This document shows, in pieces, positions 1 to 13,438 of a stretch of 64,000 bases of DNA. The translations under genes and the position numbers were made by a program. The DNA lies in contig DF237079.1 in the NCBI GenBank assembly GCA_000708835.1, positions 62,001 to 126,000 on the forward strand. Direction: 5' to 3'. This stretch comes from Klebsormidium nitens (taxonomy: Eukaryota; Plantae; Klebsormidiophyceae). The notes beneath the pieces are model-generated. The model saw only the letters and a program-made list of their open reading frames with translations, searched no databases and had not been told where the DNA came from. Every line of letters begins with the position of its first letter. Within the stretch, counting starts at the first letter, position 1.

Positions 1-102
1 CAAATGGGGTTCGTTTACGAGAAAGAGGAGACGCCCCAAACCGCTCGATATTTAGGCAGGCCAAAAAGACTACTCCTTAGATCACGTCTTACAAATGACT
101 GA
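1..102 (+). CDS. 3' end of a probable GNAT-family acetyltransferase (partial, runs off the window start)
   Basis: Frame 1 reads QMGFVYEKEETPQTARYLGRPKRLLLRSRLTND*. This resembles, from memory, the C-terminus of plant plastid GNATs (GF.E.EP...ARYL.RP.RLLL). Only 33 codons are visible. Confidence 0.45.
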   Translation, partial: QMGFVYEKEETPQTARYLGRPKRLLLRSRLTND

Positions 103-260
103 CACTGTGTGTAGTTCAAATTGCTATTGTAAAGGAGCAAGTCACATATGCTAGGATGCCGCAGATTCATAGTTTACCATATAAGAAACAGTAACAGCCC
201 AAGCGGCTTCTGACTCGGGCCACTGGTTGCCCTGAGCCGAGCCGCTCAGCAACGAGCAGG

Positions 261-317
261 CTTCAAGGTCATTGTTGAAGTCGGTCGGGAATCAAGCCTT
301 GATTCCCGACCTTGAAG
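261..317. repeat. Palindrome with a nested inverted repeat
   Basis: GGTCGGGAATCAAG-C-CTTGATTCCCGACC (283-311) has perfect 14-bp arms. CTTCAAGGTC (261-270) is the reverse complement of GACCTTGAAG (308-317). Confidence 0.8.
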
Positions 318-1472
318 GTGCCAGACAAAGATGCGCTCTTTGAGCTGTCAATCACAAACTTAGGGCACTCGGATATATATACAGCCGCGAATCATGAAAC
401 CTCATCATTGAAGGTTTTCGACAATCAACTTTCGAGCGGGTCGTTCGCAACATCGTGAGCTAAAACCCTGTCGTTTTTCTGGTTGTTTTGAATAAACTGT
501 CATCAGCACCTTACCCCGTTGATTGAAGCGCGACGTAAAGGCGATCACCAATACTGCAGGCAGAAATCGGTCACGTTCGGCACGATCACTGGCAACGTAC
601 CTGCAGCCATCTCATGAGCCCATGTGCCCACGCTTACGATGTTTTAGTGCGCGCGCATCCAAGCTAGCCTGCATCTTGGTTGTTAAGTTAAGCGCGTGAC
701 AAACTATATGTGCGTGCCTCTTGGGTGTTGAGCTTTCTAATCGAGGAGAATAATAATTACATCCATGAATGCACAGTATAGTATACTGACTTTCTGCCCA
801 GAGCCGAATGCCTAGGACCTAGCCAAGAGATTTGGAATGCAGGTATACTCACGGCATACACTCGGTCCAGAGGCTTCCGTAAGTTGATGATACGTAAGCA
901 TGAAAGAGGGTCACTAGCGCAGGTTCAACAGACTCCGAGTACCATTGTTGATGAGATCGTCTGCGTCGAACTGACGAGGTCGCGTCTGACAATGGGCCGC
1001 ATGCGCGGAAATGCACATGCAGCCTGGAACCTCCGACATCCACGTGAATGCTTTCAAATCTACTGCATTTGATCGACCGTACTGATGTTGTCGGTCCGTC
1101 TTTGATGTGACAGCGAAACGTGCCATTTCGCTATACGATCCACACCCACGGAAATGAGAGAAGGTGAGGCTGACGTTGGGCTGACGGTGCAACGAAAGGA
1201 AGGGGCGATCAAGCAAAGCTGCTGTCTCGTCACAGAGCGAAGATATGTACCATCTGAATTATGCAACTTGTGAGGCAAAGATCATCATCCTTGGAAGAGG
1301 AAGACAAGTAAACCATTAGCGCTACCTTGTAGCTGCAGCGACCCTCGCAGGTGCGCAGAAGGAAGGAAAGTGTAAGCGAAGTCGGCAGGTTTGCGCGTCA
1401 ACGGCTGTAGCGCCTCTCAAAGATCAGTGTCCAAGACGCTTGCTCTACCTCAGACGCTCTCTGGCGGTCCTG

Positions 1473-2597
1473 ATGGAAGGTCTGGTGTGCAAGTTGGAAG
1501 GCTGCAGCCGGCCGGTCTATCGTGATGAAGCAACCAATGAGATCTACCTGTTCTGTGGGAGAACTCACAGCAGAAAGTACGAGGAGCTGGTTGCGCAGGC
1601 AGCGGGAAGGCCCATGTGTAAGCTTCCCGGCTGTGACCGGTACGTGTACTACGATGAAATTGCAGAGATAAAACACAACTTCTGTGGAAGAACGCACGCA
1701 AGAGCTGCGGGATCTTTGCAAAGACCTCTCAGGATCGACCCCTCTGCAAGAGCGCGGGAGTTGGCGGGGGAGAAGCTATGCAAGCTGCCGGGATGCTCCA
1801 TAGAGGTGTGCGTTGAGGGAAACCGGGTCCACGACTTTTGCTGCAAGACTCATGCAACGAAAGTAGCGGAATGTCTTGGTCCGCAAATGAAGCCAGGCTT
1901 CCAGCTGAAAGATAAAGAGGCGATAGGGCTGATCCAGAAAAAGCACGACGAAAGACAGGCGCATCAGCTCCCGCATTACATCTTCGAGAGTGACATCTAC
2001 AGCTGCGATCCGTGGGAGCTTTCAGAGGTGAAACGGGCTCTTGAGAACGACCCCAAGACAGAGGACTGGCTCTATTGGGAGGTTGTGCCGGATGGACAAA
2101 TGAAGAGAGAGACTGGAACGTTTCACAGATGGAAAGCTGCAACCGGCAAGGTTACAAGAATAAAAGACGGCAGTGACCGGGAGATTGGATTCAAAAACGG
2201 ACTGGAGTTGGTGTTCAAGATAAAGGACAAGCACAAGCTGGTACTTTCACCTGGCCCCACGGGAGCGACTCAGTTTAGATGGCGAATGGTGGAGTATAGA
2301 GCAGAGGCAGAACGGCTGCAAAAGTGGCGGCTCGTCGTGATATCCAGAGCAGAAGTAGCGGCGCTGGGTCAAAGCGCAGGCGAGGAAGTTGGAGGGACAG
2401 GGCCAGCTCAGACGGATGACGACGTCACGTTGATAGCAGAGGATGAAATCACGATGGAAGGCCAGCTGGAAGCGGGCGGGGGATCCTACCAGGCGGCGGC
2501 TCCAGACATGACGCAAGCGCTGAGCCGGACCGAAGAAGTCGTGGCATTCTACGACGAACGGGGAAGCAAGCGTCAGCGGTCAACCGAGGGAGCATGA
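1473..2597 (+). CDS. NAC (NAM) domain transcription factor with three N-terminal CCCH-type zinc-finger repeats
   Basis: Single open frame from ATG 1473 (the ORF track starts at TTG 1440). NAC subdomains are recognisable: PGFQLKDKEAI (A), IFESDIYSCDPWEL (B), DWLYW and RWKAATG (C), IGFKNGL and RWRMVEYR (D). Three Cys/His repeats lie at 1488-1568, 1617-1697 and 1779-1853. An optional upstream coding exon 1261-1307 would splice in frame to the acceptor at 1453. Confidence 0.75.
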   Translation: MEGLVCKLEGCSRPVYRDEATNEIYLFCGRTHSRKYEELVAQAAGRPMCKLPGCDRYVYYDEIAEIKHNFCGRTHARAAGSLQRPLRIDPSARARELAGEKLCKLPGCSIEVCVEGNRVHDFCCKTHATKVAECLGPQMKPGFQLKDKEAIGLIQKKHDERQAHQLPHYIFESDIYSCDPWELSEVKRALENDPKTEDWLYWEVVPDGQMKRETGTFHRWKAATGKVTRIKDGSDREIGFKNGLELVFKIKDKHKLVLSPGPTGATQFRWRMVEYRAEAERLQKWRLVVISRAEVAALGQSAGEEVGGTGPAQTDDDVTLIAEDEITMEGQLEAGGGSYQAAAPDMTQALSRTEEVVAFYDERGSKRQRSTEGA

Positions 2598-4287
2598 GGA
2601 GTCTGAGTTGACCGTTGCTCAAGATAAGACAGGTTGAGATTGATGGGCTTACGTCAAGCAGTCTGAACATTGTAGCCTTTTCTGGTTGCTTGGTTGTTTC
2701 ATTCTGTCGAGAAAGTTGGGGTTTCAGAGCCTCAGTTTTGTGCCATCGCCATGATCTTGGTCATCTTTCGATGTTTCATCCAACGATTGCTTTCATAGAA
2801 GATGGGCATACTGGCATGCTTTTCATACGCGCAGTAACAGGATGCTTGACATAGAGCGCGAATCTGTTGCAGCTCAGAGCTTCACGGATATGGCCTTACA
2901 GAAGGTCGCCTTGATTCTTTGAGCTTGATAATCCAGAACTTCGTTCTCGCCTGACGTGTGAATTAGACATACAGCAAGATTGTCTGCGGTCGGGGCATCG
3001 TGCAGCCACCCTGGCGGCTTCATAGAGAACCTCCAATCATTCAACAGCAAAATCAAGCTTCTCCATGCTTGCCGAGACAAACTTTGAATATGTTCAGCAA
3101 CTGAAATTACGCTGCTGTGTGTGTGCAGTCTGGTTCCATGAAGACGGAGCTGGGCCCCGTAATCAGCTTGCACAGAAATCACCGACAAATCGGCTGGTCT
3201 AGCAGTCAAATTGGAAAAAGGACGATTCTTAGCGGCGGCCTGGAGGAGCCTTCACTTTCGTATGTAGATATCTCGAGACGATCGCTTTGAAGACGGTGTA
3301 CATGGACTCCGTTGTGCAGGGCTTCGTCATAGCCAAATATATGCTTTGGATATTTGGAAACCTGCAGCCAGACCAGACTGGATTCTGATCTGTTAAGTTC
3401 ACTGGTCAATCTTCGATCCGAGCTGCAATCGATCATGATACTCCTATGATACTGCTCGACCTGGCTCGACCTCCTGATCATCAAGTTCGTTAGTACAGCT
3501 CAGGACATTATCACGCCGCTATGTTCTAGCTGATCGGCATAGTGCAAATCTGTCGACTTGATAGTGAGATCGAAGCTCAAGCTGAGGGCTATGCCGTGGA
3601 GCTGCATGCAATGATCAGTGCAGACGTAGCATAGCCGCCCTTGTAACAAATATAAGAGATGCGGTGACATGATCCAAAATCATGGAGCTAAAATTGAGCG
3701 ATCGCGAGATTGCATGTATGCCACATGTGTCGCATCAGTTCAAGCATCCAAAGGATGCATGAATGAGCAGCCGCCATCCTTGCTGGCACCAGTAGACATG
3801 CTGTTATGAAGGAAGGGTATGTGTATGTAGAGGGCCCGAAAATGAATGGCGCTTAGTGCCACGTAAACCGCCCTCGATATTCCAGTCATCCGAGGCCGGA
3901 AACGCAATGTATCCGCCCTCAAGAGGGGCTACGATAAAATGGAGGCCCCTTACGTCCGTCCTTACTTAGCGGTTGGTAGTCAACGGATTGACAATCAGCA
4001 GGTGCGGAACTTACTTGCTTCGTTTAGTTAGACAAGCTTTCAGAGCTGATCAACATTTGATAAGGTCAATCATTGCCCAAAAGAGTTCCGTTTGACCACC
4101 AAAGCCCGCTAATGCGCATCGCAGCTGTTTGGTCATGCAGCACACGCTTAGTCCCCGAAGCCACTGTTTGGAGAATCTATATAGCGCCTTTAAGTGTACA
4201 GATGGCAAGGCAAACGTCTGACCCAATTCAGCCGTTATCGAGCGAGGCTTCTGAGTGCATAGGCGCAAAATTAAAGCAGCGAGTCGG

Positions 4288-7200
4288 CTACCCGAACGTG
4301 GCTATCAAGAACTTTTTGTAGATGCTCATGAACTTGGCGACGAAGGCTGCAGCAAGAAGCCACCAAGTTAGTCTCAATGTCAACATCGTGCAACTCAGCA
4401 GTGAAGGCAAGCAATGCTTCTTGTAAGCGTTACAAAGAACGCGCCGGTAGAGAGCTTACACGGTGAACGAGGGATGCCCAATTCAATGAAAGAGCGATGC
4501 ACAATTCAAGAATCGAGCGAAGCTTCTCCAAAAAGAGACAGAAACTTCAGCCGAATCTTTTGTTTCATGCATTCTCTAGTTTTATGGTCCCGCTTCGAAC
4601 GCTCTTCCAAGAACACCCATAAGCGGAACAGCGGTATGAGCCCGAAACGGCATTCCTTACATTCTAAGAAAACAAAGAAGTCGCAACATTGGACACGTGC
4701 CTCCATTCTCTGCTTGTGTTTAACATGCAGGTGGATCTGCTGGAAAGAAGGCCACGCCAAAACACGACACCTGCTCACCTTCTAAGTGGAAGATCGCCTT
4801 GGAGCCCTGTTGCATCCGGTGTTCCTGTACGACAAGCCAAGACGAAAGTCAGCAGATTTGCCTTCCAATTCTGACGGGCCTTCTTCAACACTCTAATGCT
4901 TGATCAATTAAGCAACCTTTGGCTCCTCGGCAGAAGGGTCGCCTTCAGTTGGACCAAACGTTGGCACCCCGGACGTCACGAATTCGCAAGCACAATGGAC
5001 CGCTGGAGCAAAATAGATTTCTTCAGCAGGATAAACAAACTCAGACATCAGAAGGAAATCAATTCGAAATAAGAAAAGTAAAAATCAAGATAGGAATTAA
5101 TGTCATTCAGATCCACACTAAGATGGAAATAGTCGTGAGCTACCCACGAAGTTGACTAGGTTGTCATAGGGAGGCGTAAGCAACGAGGAGAGAATAGAAC
5201 GGGGACCGGCGGTCAGGAAAGGCGCTCACGTAGAAAGCCGCCCAATGGCACACCTCGTGCTTCAGCTCCGAGTCGAGCTTCTTCATCAGCTCTAACATCA
5301 ACCGCTGCAGACCAGAACCCGTTGTTTAGTGACGCACTGTTTGACACCAGCCAGCCCGAAGCACTTCCTGGCGTCGTTCTTGCGTTTACATTGACTCCGG
5401 TGGAGTCAATCCAATCCTATCCTAACACCCTTCAACCGGCAGAACCTCTTCCTTGCTGGTCCCGTTAGAGACTGGAGCACAGGCGCTAAAAGAACGTCAT
5501 GAAGTCGACACCGAAGAAGATCCGACTCTTCTCCCAGGAAAGGCTCAACGGCCGGCTCGTTGGTGGAGGTCTAATATCCCCTGCTGACTTGTTTCTTGTC
5601 TCGAGCCCAGGTAATGTGCGCGGAAATAAGCGCAAAGGTCGGTCCGGGCAAAGACGACCGAGCTTACCTTCATGATTACCTCCGGAGGTATGCAGTTCAC
5701 CAGCAACTCGTACAGCTTTCCCCGCACCATAAACAACCTGCAGTTGCAACAAGAGACGCTCAACAGCGTCACGTTGGCAGTAAGCCGTCCAATCTTCGAG
5801 CTCAGGCTTTTCAAGGCGAAGCAAGTTTTAGATAACGCTTGAGCGAGAGTCCACTGCGCGCGGTTCAGAAATACAACCCAAACGGACTGCTTCCTGCCTG
5901 CTGGACAGAGCACCCTGAACACGAAAAGCTCTTCGCAGATTTCCATCCTACCTGACCGTTTCTGCTTCGCATATCGCGGCACCCACTGCTCACCGTTTTG
6001 GGCTCTGTTCGTTGACGATGTCGTTCGCGATTTCGGTGATGTACGCTTCCCAGTCCATAACCTGAACCTGCTGATTGTCGGTGAACGGATACCTGCAGCG
6101 AGAGAAGAGCAGCTCGATTGAACTTCAACAGGAATGCAAGTCGAAAGGGTCTTTCGCACAAGAATTTGCTTTGACTGGGCGTGTGTATCCTGACCAATAA
6201 TGTTGCGTTTGCCTCCTCTAGCGATTGAATAAAGGAAACACGTGAAGTAGCAACATCGAGCGTCACGTAAGCGGGCTAACACGCAGGCTGACAGCAGGCC
6301 CTTGAAGTAAATCCAGTTGCAAAGGTGCTCAAAATTGAATCGTCCTGTTCAGACCACTTGGTGAACTCGTGCAAGCCAAATCCTACCGCAAGTCATGCCT
6401 CGCCAGGTGAAGTCCCTCGTTCCGGGAAACACAAAAAGGAGCTCTCAGAAACTTTATTGACCATTGAGTAGCCGAGTGCCCCACAAGCTCTTAGTCTGAA
6501 ACGTTTTGCAACAAAGGGATGGACCCACGTGCCGAGCTACACAAAAACCGGCCTTGTTCAAAGAAGCAGCTGTCGAGTCCAACAAATGTGCCCCACTGCG
6601 TCAGTAAAACTCTTGTTGAGTTCAATTGAGTAGAATTGCGGATTGTAGATAAGTGACTCACTGCTGCACTTTACAGGCCTCCAGCGAGAGGATCGCCCGC
6701 CGCAGGTTGCGCTGGGAGGCAAGGGCAATCCGGCCCGCAAAAGCGGATGGCAGTGTCAGCCCCTCCTTCTTGGAAACAAAATGTAGGACTTTGATAATCT
6801 GCGGTATAAAAGACGATCGATCGGAAAGTTTCTTTAACAGTTGTTATACATAGAATCGCGCATCGAATTGTTGTCTCTATTGGTGTGGGCTAAATCCCGC
6901 TTGGCAATCCTGTGAATTGGTTGTTTGCTGAACAGTCCTTTTGTGCCTATCGTCTTCTAGCAAAAGGGAGCATACAACCACGAGCCCACCATGGTAACCA
7001 TTCAAGAACGGATATAGCAAACCACAATCAAACGACCTCCTTGTGAGCACCTTAACCATCGCTTCATCGACGATCTGTTCGGCAACATCGACCTCAATCA
7101 AAGTATCCCAATCACGATAACCAAACCTTAACTAGATCAAACGGAGGTTTAGTTTTGCTAACCCACCTCCTCCTGGCTGGGCAGGTTAACCCTTATCGGC

Positions 7201-9002
7201 AGGCATCGGCTGCGCACCGCTTCGATCACTTTGGACGCGCTATTGCAGCAGAGCACCAACCGACATGCCGCGCTGTACTTCTCCATGGTCCGCCGCAGCG
7301 AGTGCTGCGCCTCCTTGCTCAACTTATCGACCTCGTTGAGAACGAGGACTGCGAGGCAAATTTGCAGCGCATAAGGATTCCGGACGAGTTGAGTGATTGA
7401 CCAACCTAGAATGGAATCGGAACTCAAGGAAAGACTTTGTTTAGTTGCTCATTTGATTGGCAATCCTCATAAATCCGAGGCGCCCGATTTAGAAGACGCC
7501 AGACAGCCGGCAACACCTTTTCCAATGTCCTGCTCCTCAATAACCCTCATGACCTTTCGGACAGCGCTTAGCACCTTAACTCTTGTCAATAATCAAACTC
7601 CGCAGCCCTGCCCCACTTCTTTGATCCGTAACCCTCGGCCACTGGCCTTCCCAAGACGAGCTTTTGATACAAAAGTTCCCTAAAGCAACCAATGAAACCT
7701 GGACACAGACTTCAGATCTTGAAACACAACCCGCTGCCCTGCTCACCCTTGAAGCCCTTGACCCCGTCCACTGTGAGCGGCCGGCTCTTGGCCATCTCCT
7801 TGATGACTTCCTGCACTACATACCGGTCCTGGAACCCAACGTCGCTCGGGGTCAGCTCGATATGATAGTTGCTGGACACTGTTGTGAGCTCCAAGTCAAT
7901 CTTGCGCGTCCCGGCCTCCACCTTCCACGCCTTGTTCTCCACTTTGACCTGAGAAGGAGGAGAAACTTTTTAGGAGCGGTGTATGGAACAGGAGGTTTGT
8001 GAAAAGGGCGTAACTTTGATTTGGGCAAAAGTTCGTGGAATCCCGAACAGATGCTATCAATCTTGGTCCTTTAGAACTTGACTCACGGAGCCAAGCGCCA
8101 ATTATGTCGGACCTTCCGGAACTTTTGATTTTTGAATGATTGCTTGCTATTAAGCTCGGCAAAAATCCAAACCCACTTGTCCCAAAAGGCAAAATCCATA
8201 ACAATCTTTTGACCGCTTCGCTCGTAGTGAATGACGAACGGTGTGTACAAGAGAAGCAATGTGAGAGCAAATCCTCCCAAGATGCAACCCGAAGCACAGG
8301 GCATAGAGGCCAACTCCAGCCCATGTGTGCACTCTGACCCACCTTTTCGGCACCGGCACCGTACATATCTCTCAACAGTGCCATGATGAGGGTTTTCTTT
8401 CCAGCACCGGAGGGGCCATAGAAAAGGAGATGTGGGCAGTCTCCAGAAGAAACCTGCATCATCGACAGGCATCCGTTCATTACCTCCTCAGGGCCACAAT
8501 TGCTTCTGGTCATCAAGCTCAAAATGAAAGACCTCTGGGAATGTGGTAAATTGGAGTGCTCTACTGTAAGAACACGCAGAAACAAGTGATGGGACGGGCC
8601 ACCAAAGAGGAATCAGGGGGATCTAAGTACAGCGCTTCATTCCACAAACTAGAAAATGCAGTCGAAAGTGTAAGAATAGAATATGAAGTTTCAAGCTCTT
8701 TGAGAGACGCCGCTTTCCAGTGTTGCTTCTAGTACAGAAATATTGAGTGGGTTTTGAAACTGAGCGGGGAGTCGAGATTGTCATGATATAAACAGGCTTG
8801 AGTTCTTTCAATCGGTTTCATCTAAGAAGGTGCAACACAAAGAGGTTGTCAGTCTCTGAGACCTCCCCATAGCGTCTCAAAAGAACAAGACAAATTCGGA
8901 CACGGGCGCAAAGCTCACCAGGTTTTTGAGGTGCTCAGCTTCTTGCGCATGGACTGTGCACTTCTCCAGAGTGTGCGGGCGGTATTTATCGACCCACAAC
9001 AT
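4288..9002 (-). CDS. RFC3: Replication factor C 38-kDa subunit (human RFC3 / yeast RFC5 orthologue), 10 exons
   Basis: Exons at about 9002-8919 (MLWVDKYRP), 8453-8343 (PHLLFYGPSGAGKKT, Walker A), 7948-7747, 7348-7167 (VLNEVDKLSKEAQHSLRRTMEKY, SRC), 6798-6662, 6092-5994, 5737-5668, 5304-5230, 4824-4779 and ~4346-4288 (AFVAKFMSIYKKFLIATFG*). All introns are GT-AG and phases are consistent. Confidence 0.95.
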
Positions 9003-10152
9003 GGTGACTGACTCGGTGTGCGCCTATTCTTGCTATTGAATTCTGCGCAAATGTTCTGCTTATATTTCAGGGCAGGACTATGGCCAAACTGTGCTGAAAA
9101 AGTGGAGAGACACAGGGCGTTTGAAGCAGTTGAGCAACTAAGCGTCAGCCAGCTTCAGCGAATAAGCAACTTCTAGAAGACTTGCTAAGTAACAGACAAC
9201 CGGCAAGCCGACAAGGACCCAAACAGTTTTGCACGGGAAGCTAGACTTATCAACAAACGTCGATCAAACTGCAGCGCCGAAAGCTGGACAGCGCGCGCAA
9301 CGGGGCCAGGAGAGCAATGGGGCGCCAGTGAAAAGAGCTCCCTTGACGAGTTGCTGTGAGCGCTGACCACCTTTGAATGCAGCATCCAACTCCCATCCAA
9401 CATGCACAAACTTGAAGCAAGCAAGAGAATCCCGTTCCAAAGAATTGAAGCTGATTGGCTGCCGTTCCCGCCATTTTCCCGTTCCCCGGGGTTAATGATA
9501 GCCACATTCACCGGGCACTCTAGGGGTTTCTCAAGAATCGAGTTTTACGCCCAGTAACCATCAACCGGGTTTGTCTTGCCAGGTGTAACCGTTGCCACCT
9601 TGTCAGGTCCTCTTCGGCCGAAAAGGAATCTTTTGACGTCAGCGGCGGTCATCCCTCCTTTCGGCGCAATTTGATTGGCCCGCCATGGGCTTGCTTCTGC
9701 CAGCAATTGCCAGCGCTTTTGCAACTTTTGGCAAGGGGTGTGCGGGTTTGGAGCTGGGGGGGAGAGCGAAGAAGCGCTTCCTGTTCATGCAGAACGCCCC
9801 CTTTAAGCCAAGGCTTTTTGATTGGCTGGAGATGTGCCGCTCCAGCTGCATTCTGGCCATGAATCTGGATGCAGAGCGTCGATTGAAAACGCCGCTCGCA
9901 AGGTTGAGAGCCCCGACATTCGTCCTTGGTGCATTGGGAACGACACCCACGTGTTTGGAGACTTGGGGCCGCGACCCACGGCCACTGTGTCGGAGTATAA
10001 GTATTAGAAGTTGCAGATACATGTAGTCCTCAAAAGGAAACCATAACCAATCTGAGCTAGCTAACCACTCAAGCTGAGACACACAGCCAATGATGTAACG
10101 TAGTATGTACATGTATCCTGACCTTCATAGATAGCTCACGCTCTCTGCATAA

Positions 10153-12382
<2,230 letters not shown>

Positions 12383-13438
12383 GCTTTGTAATCCGCTTCT
12401 CTTGTTTAGGAGGTAGGCGCATGCAAATTTCATGATCCTTGGAGTTGAGCGCCCAGTCGGTTAGGTGTCCTGTTCCATGATTGCTTACAGAGGTGGCAGT
12501 GCTCGCAGTTGAAGGTGTAGGCAGCCTGGCAAGAAACTTTCAGTGTTATGAGCTTCAGGCCGCCTGTTTCTAACTGCAAGAGCTTGTGAAGGATCCGTAT
12601 CGAGCAATTCAGTTGATGGCGAGGCTGAGTCCTAAAGTCGAAAAGCCAGAAACTCTCGCTCAGGTTGACGGCAGACTCATAACTTGCGCGAAAACCTCCA
12701 ATTGGCGTGAGTCCGACTAGCCAAAGCCTGCCCAACTTGGTTCCGCAATCGACTCCAAACGATCGTAGACCAGGTTGGTCAGTTCGTTCCTTCGTTATAG
12801 AGGGTTCGAATGCGCTCGTGGATTTTCCCTTGGTCCCTCTGAGAATATATATATGCGGGCCCAGTCCGGTCAGGCGACCGGGCATGCGGGGCCAGGCTCA
12901 GGCTACAACCTTAAGCGTCTTCGCAAACCGTCGATCTGAGTTGGCACATGGATTCCGCGGCTCACTCTGAAATGCGCAGACTCACCATAATCTTGTGCAC
13001 TAGCGTACCCTAGCTTCGATCAATGATCGGAGGGTGCATGCTGGCCATCACATTGGGAAGCTTCGGCAAAATGCATCCTTGCCTGCGCGGCGCATGCAAC
13101 CCTCAAGGTACGCAGCACTCATCCTCCACTAGGTATATAATCTGACGTTGACGATGCGAACCTAGCGGCTGGAAACTGTAGCATGAGAGCCTGTGTCGTT
13201 CATGATTAGCAAAAGCATCATGCATGTGCACGCAGCATGCTACATGACCATGGATCAAACCGAGTCAGGGTGCACTGACGAAAACAGATTTTTCATGCCC
13301 CTCGCACAAGGATCTCAAGTAAAGTCTGCATCGCTCCACGGGAAGTGGTAACACGGCTTCGTTCAACAACCACAGTAAGGCGCTCCTTCAAGTGATCGTT
13401 GAATCCCTGCCTTCAACTAAAGACCGAAAAGCACGTTC

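Noticed and set aside
2874-3484. Two abutting minus-strand ORFs (92 aa and 111 aa) that might be a frameshifted gene or TE relic
   Set aside because: No recognisable motif, and both begin at non-ATG or weak starts. They cannot be supported without a search.
5738-5824. Intronic EDWTAY resembling the RFC3 exon motif MDWEAY (possible decayed exon copy)
   Set aside because: Similarity is limited to 4 residues with little nucleotide identity, so it is likely chance.
9685-10026. 113-aa ORF upstream of the DSP gene
   Set aside because: No family resemblance and no clear in-frame splice to the DSP. It is more likely 5'-UTR or promoter sequence.
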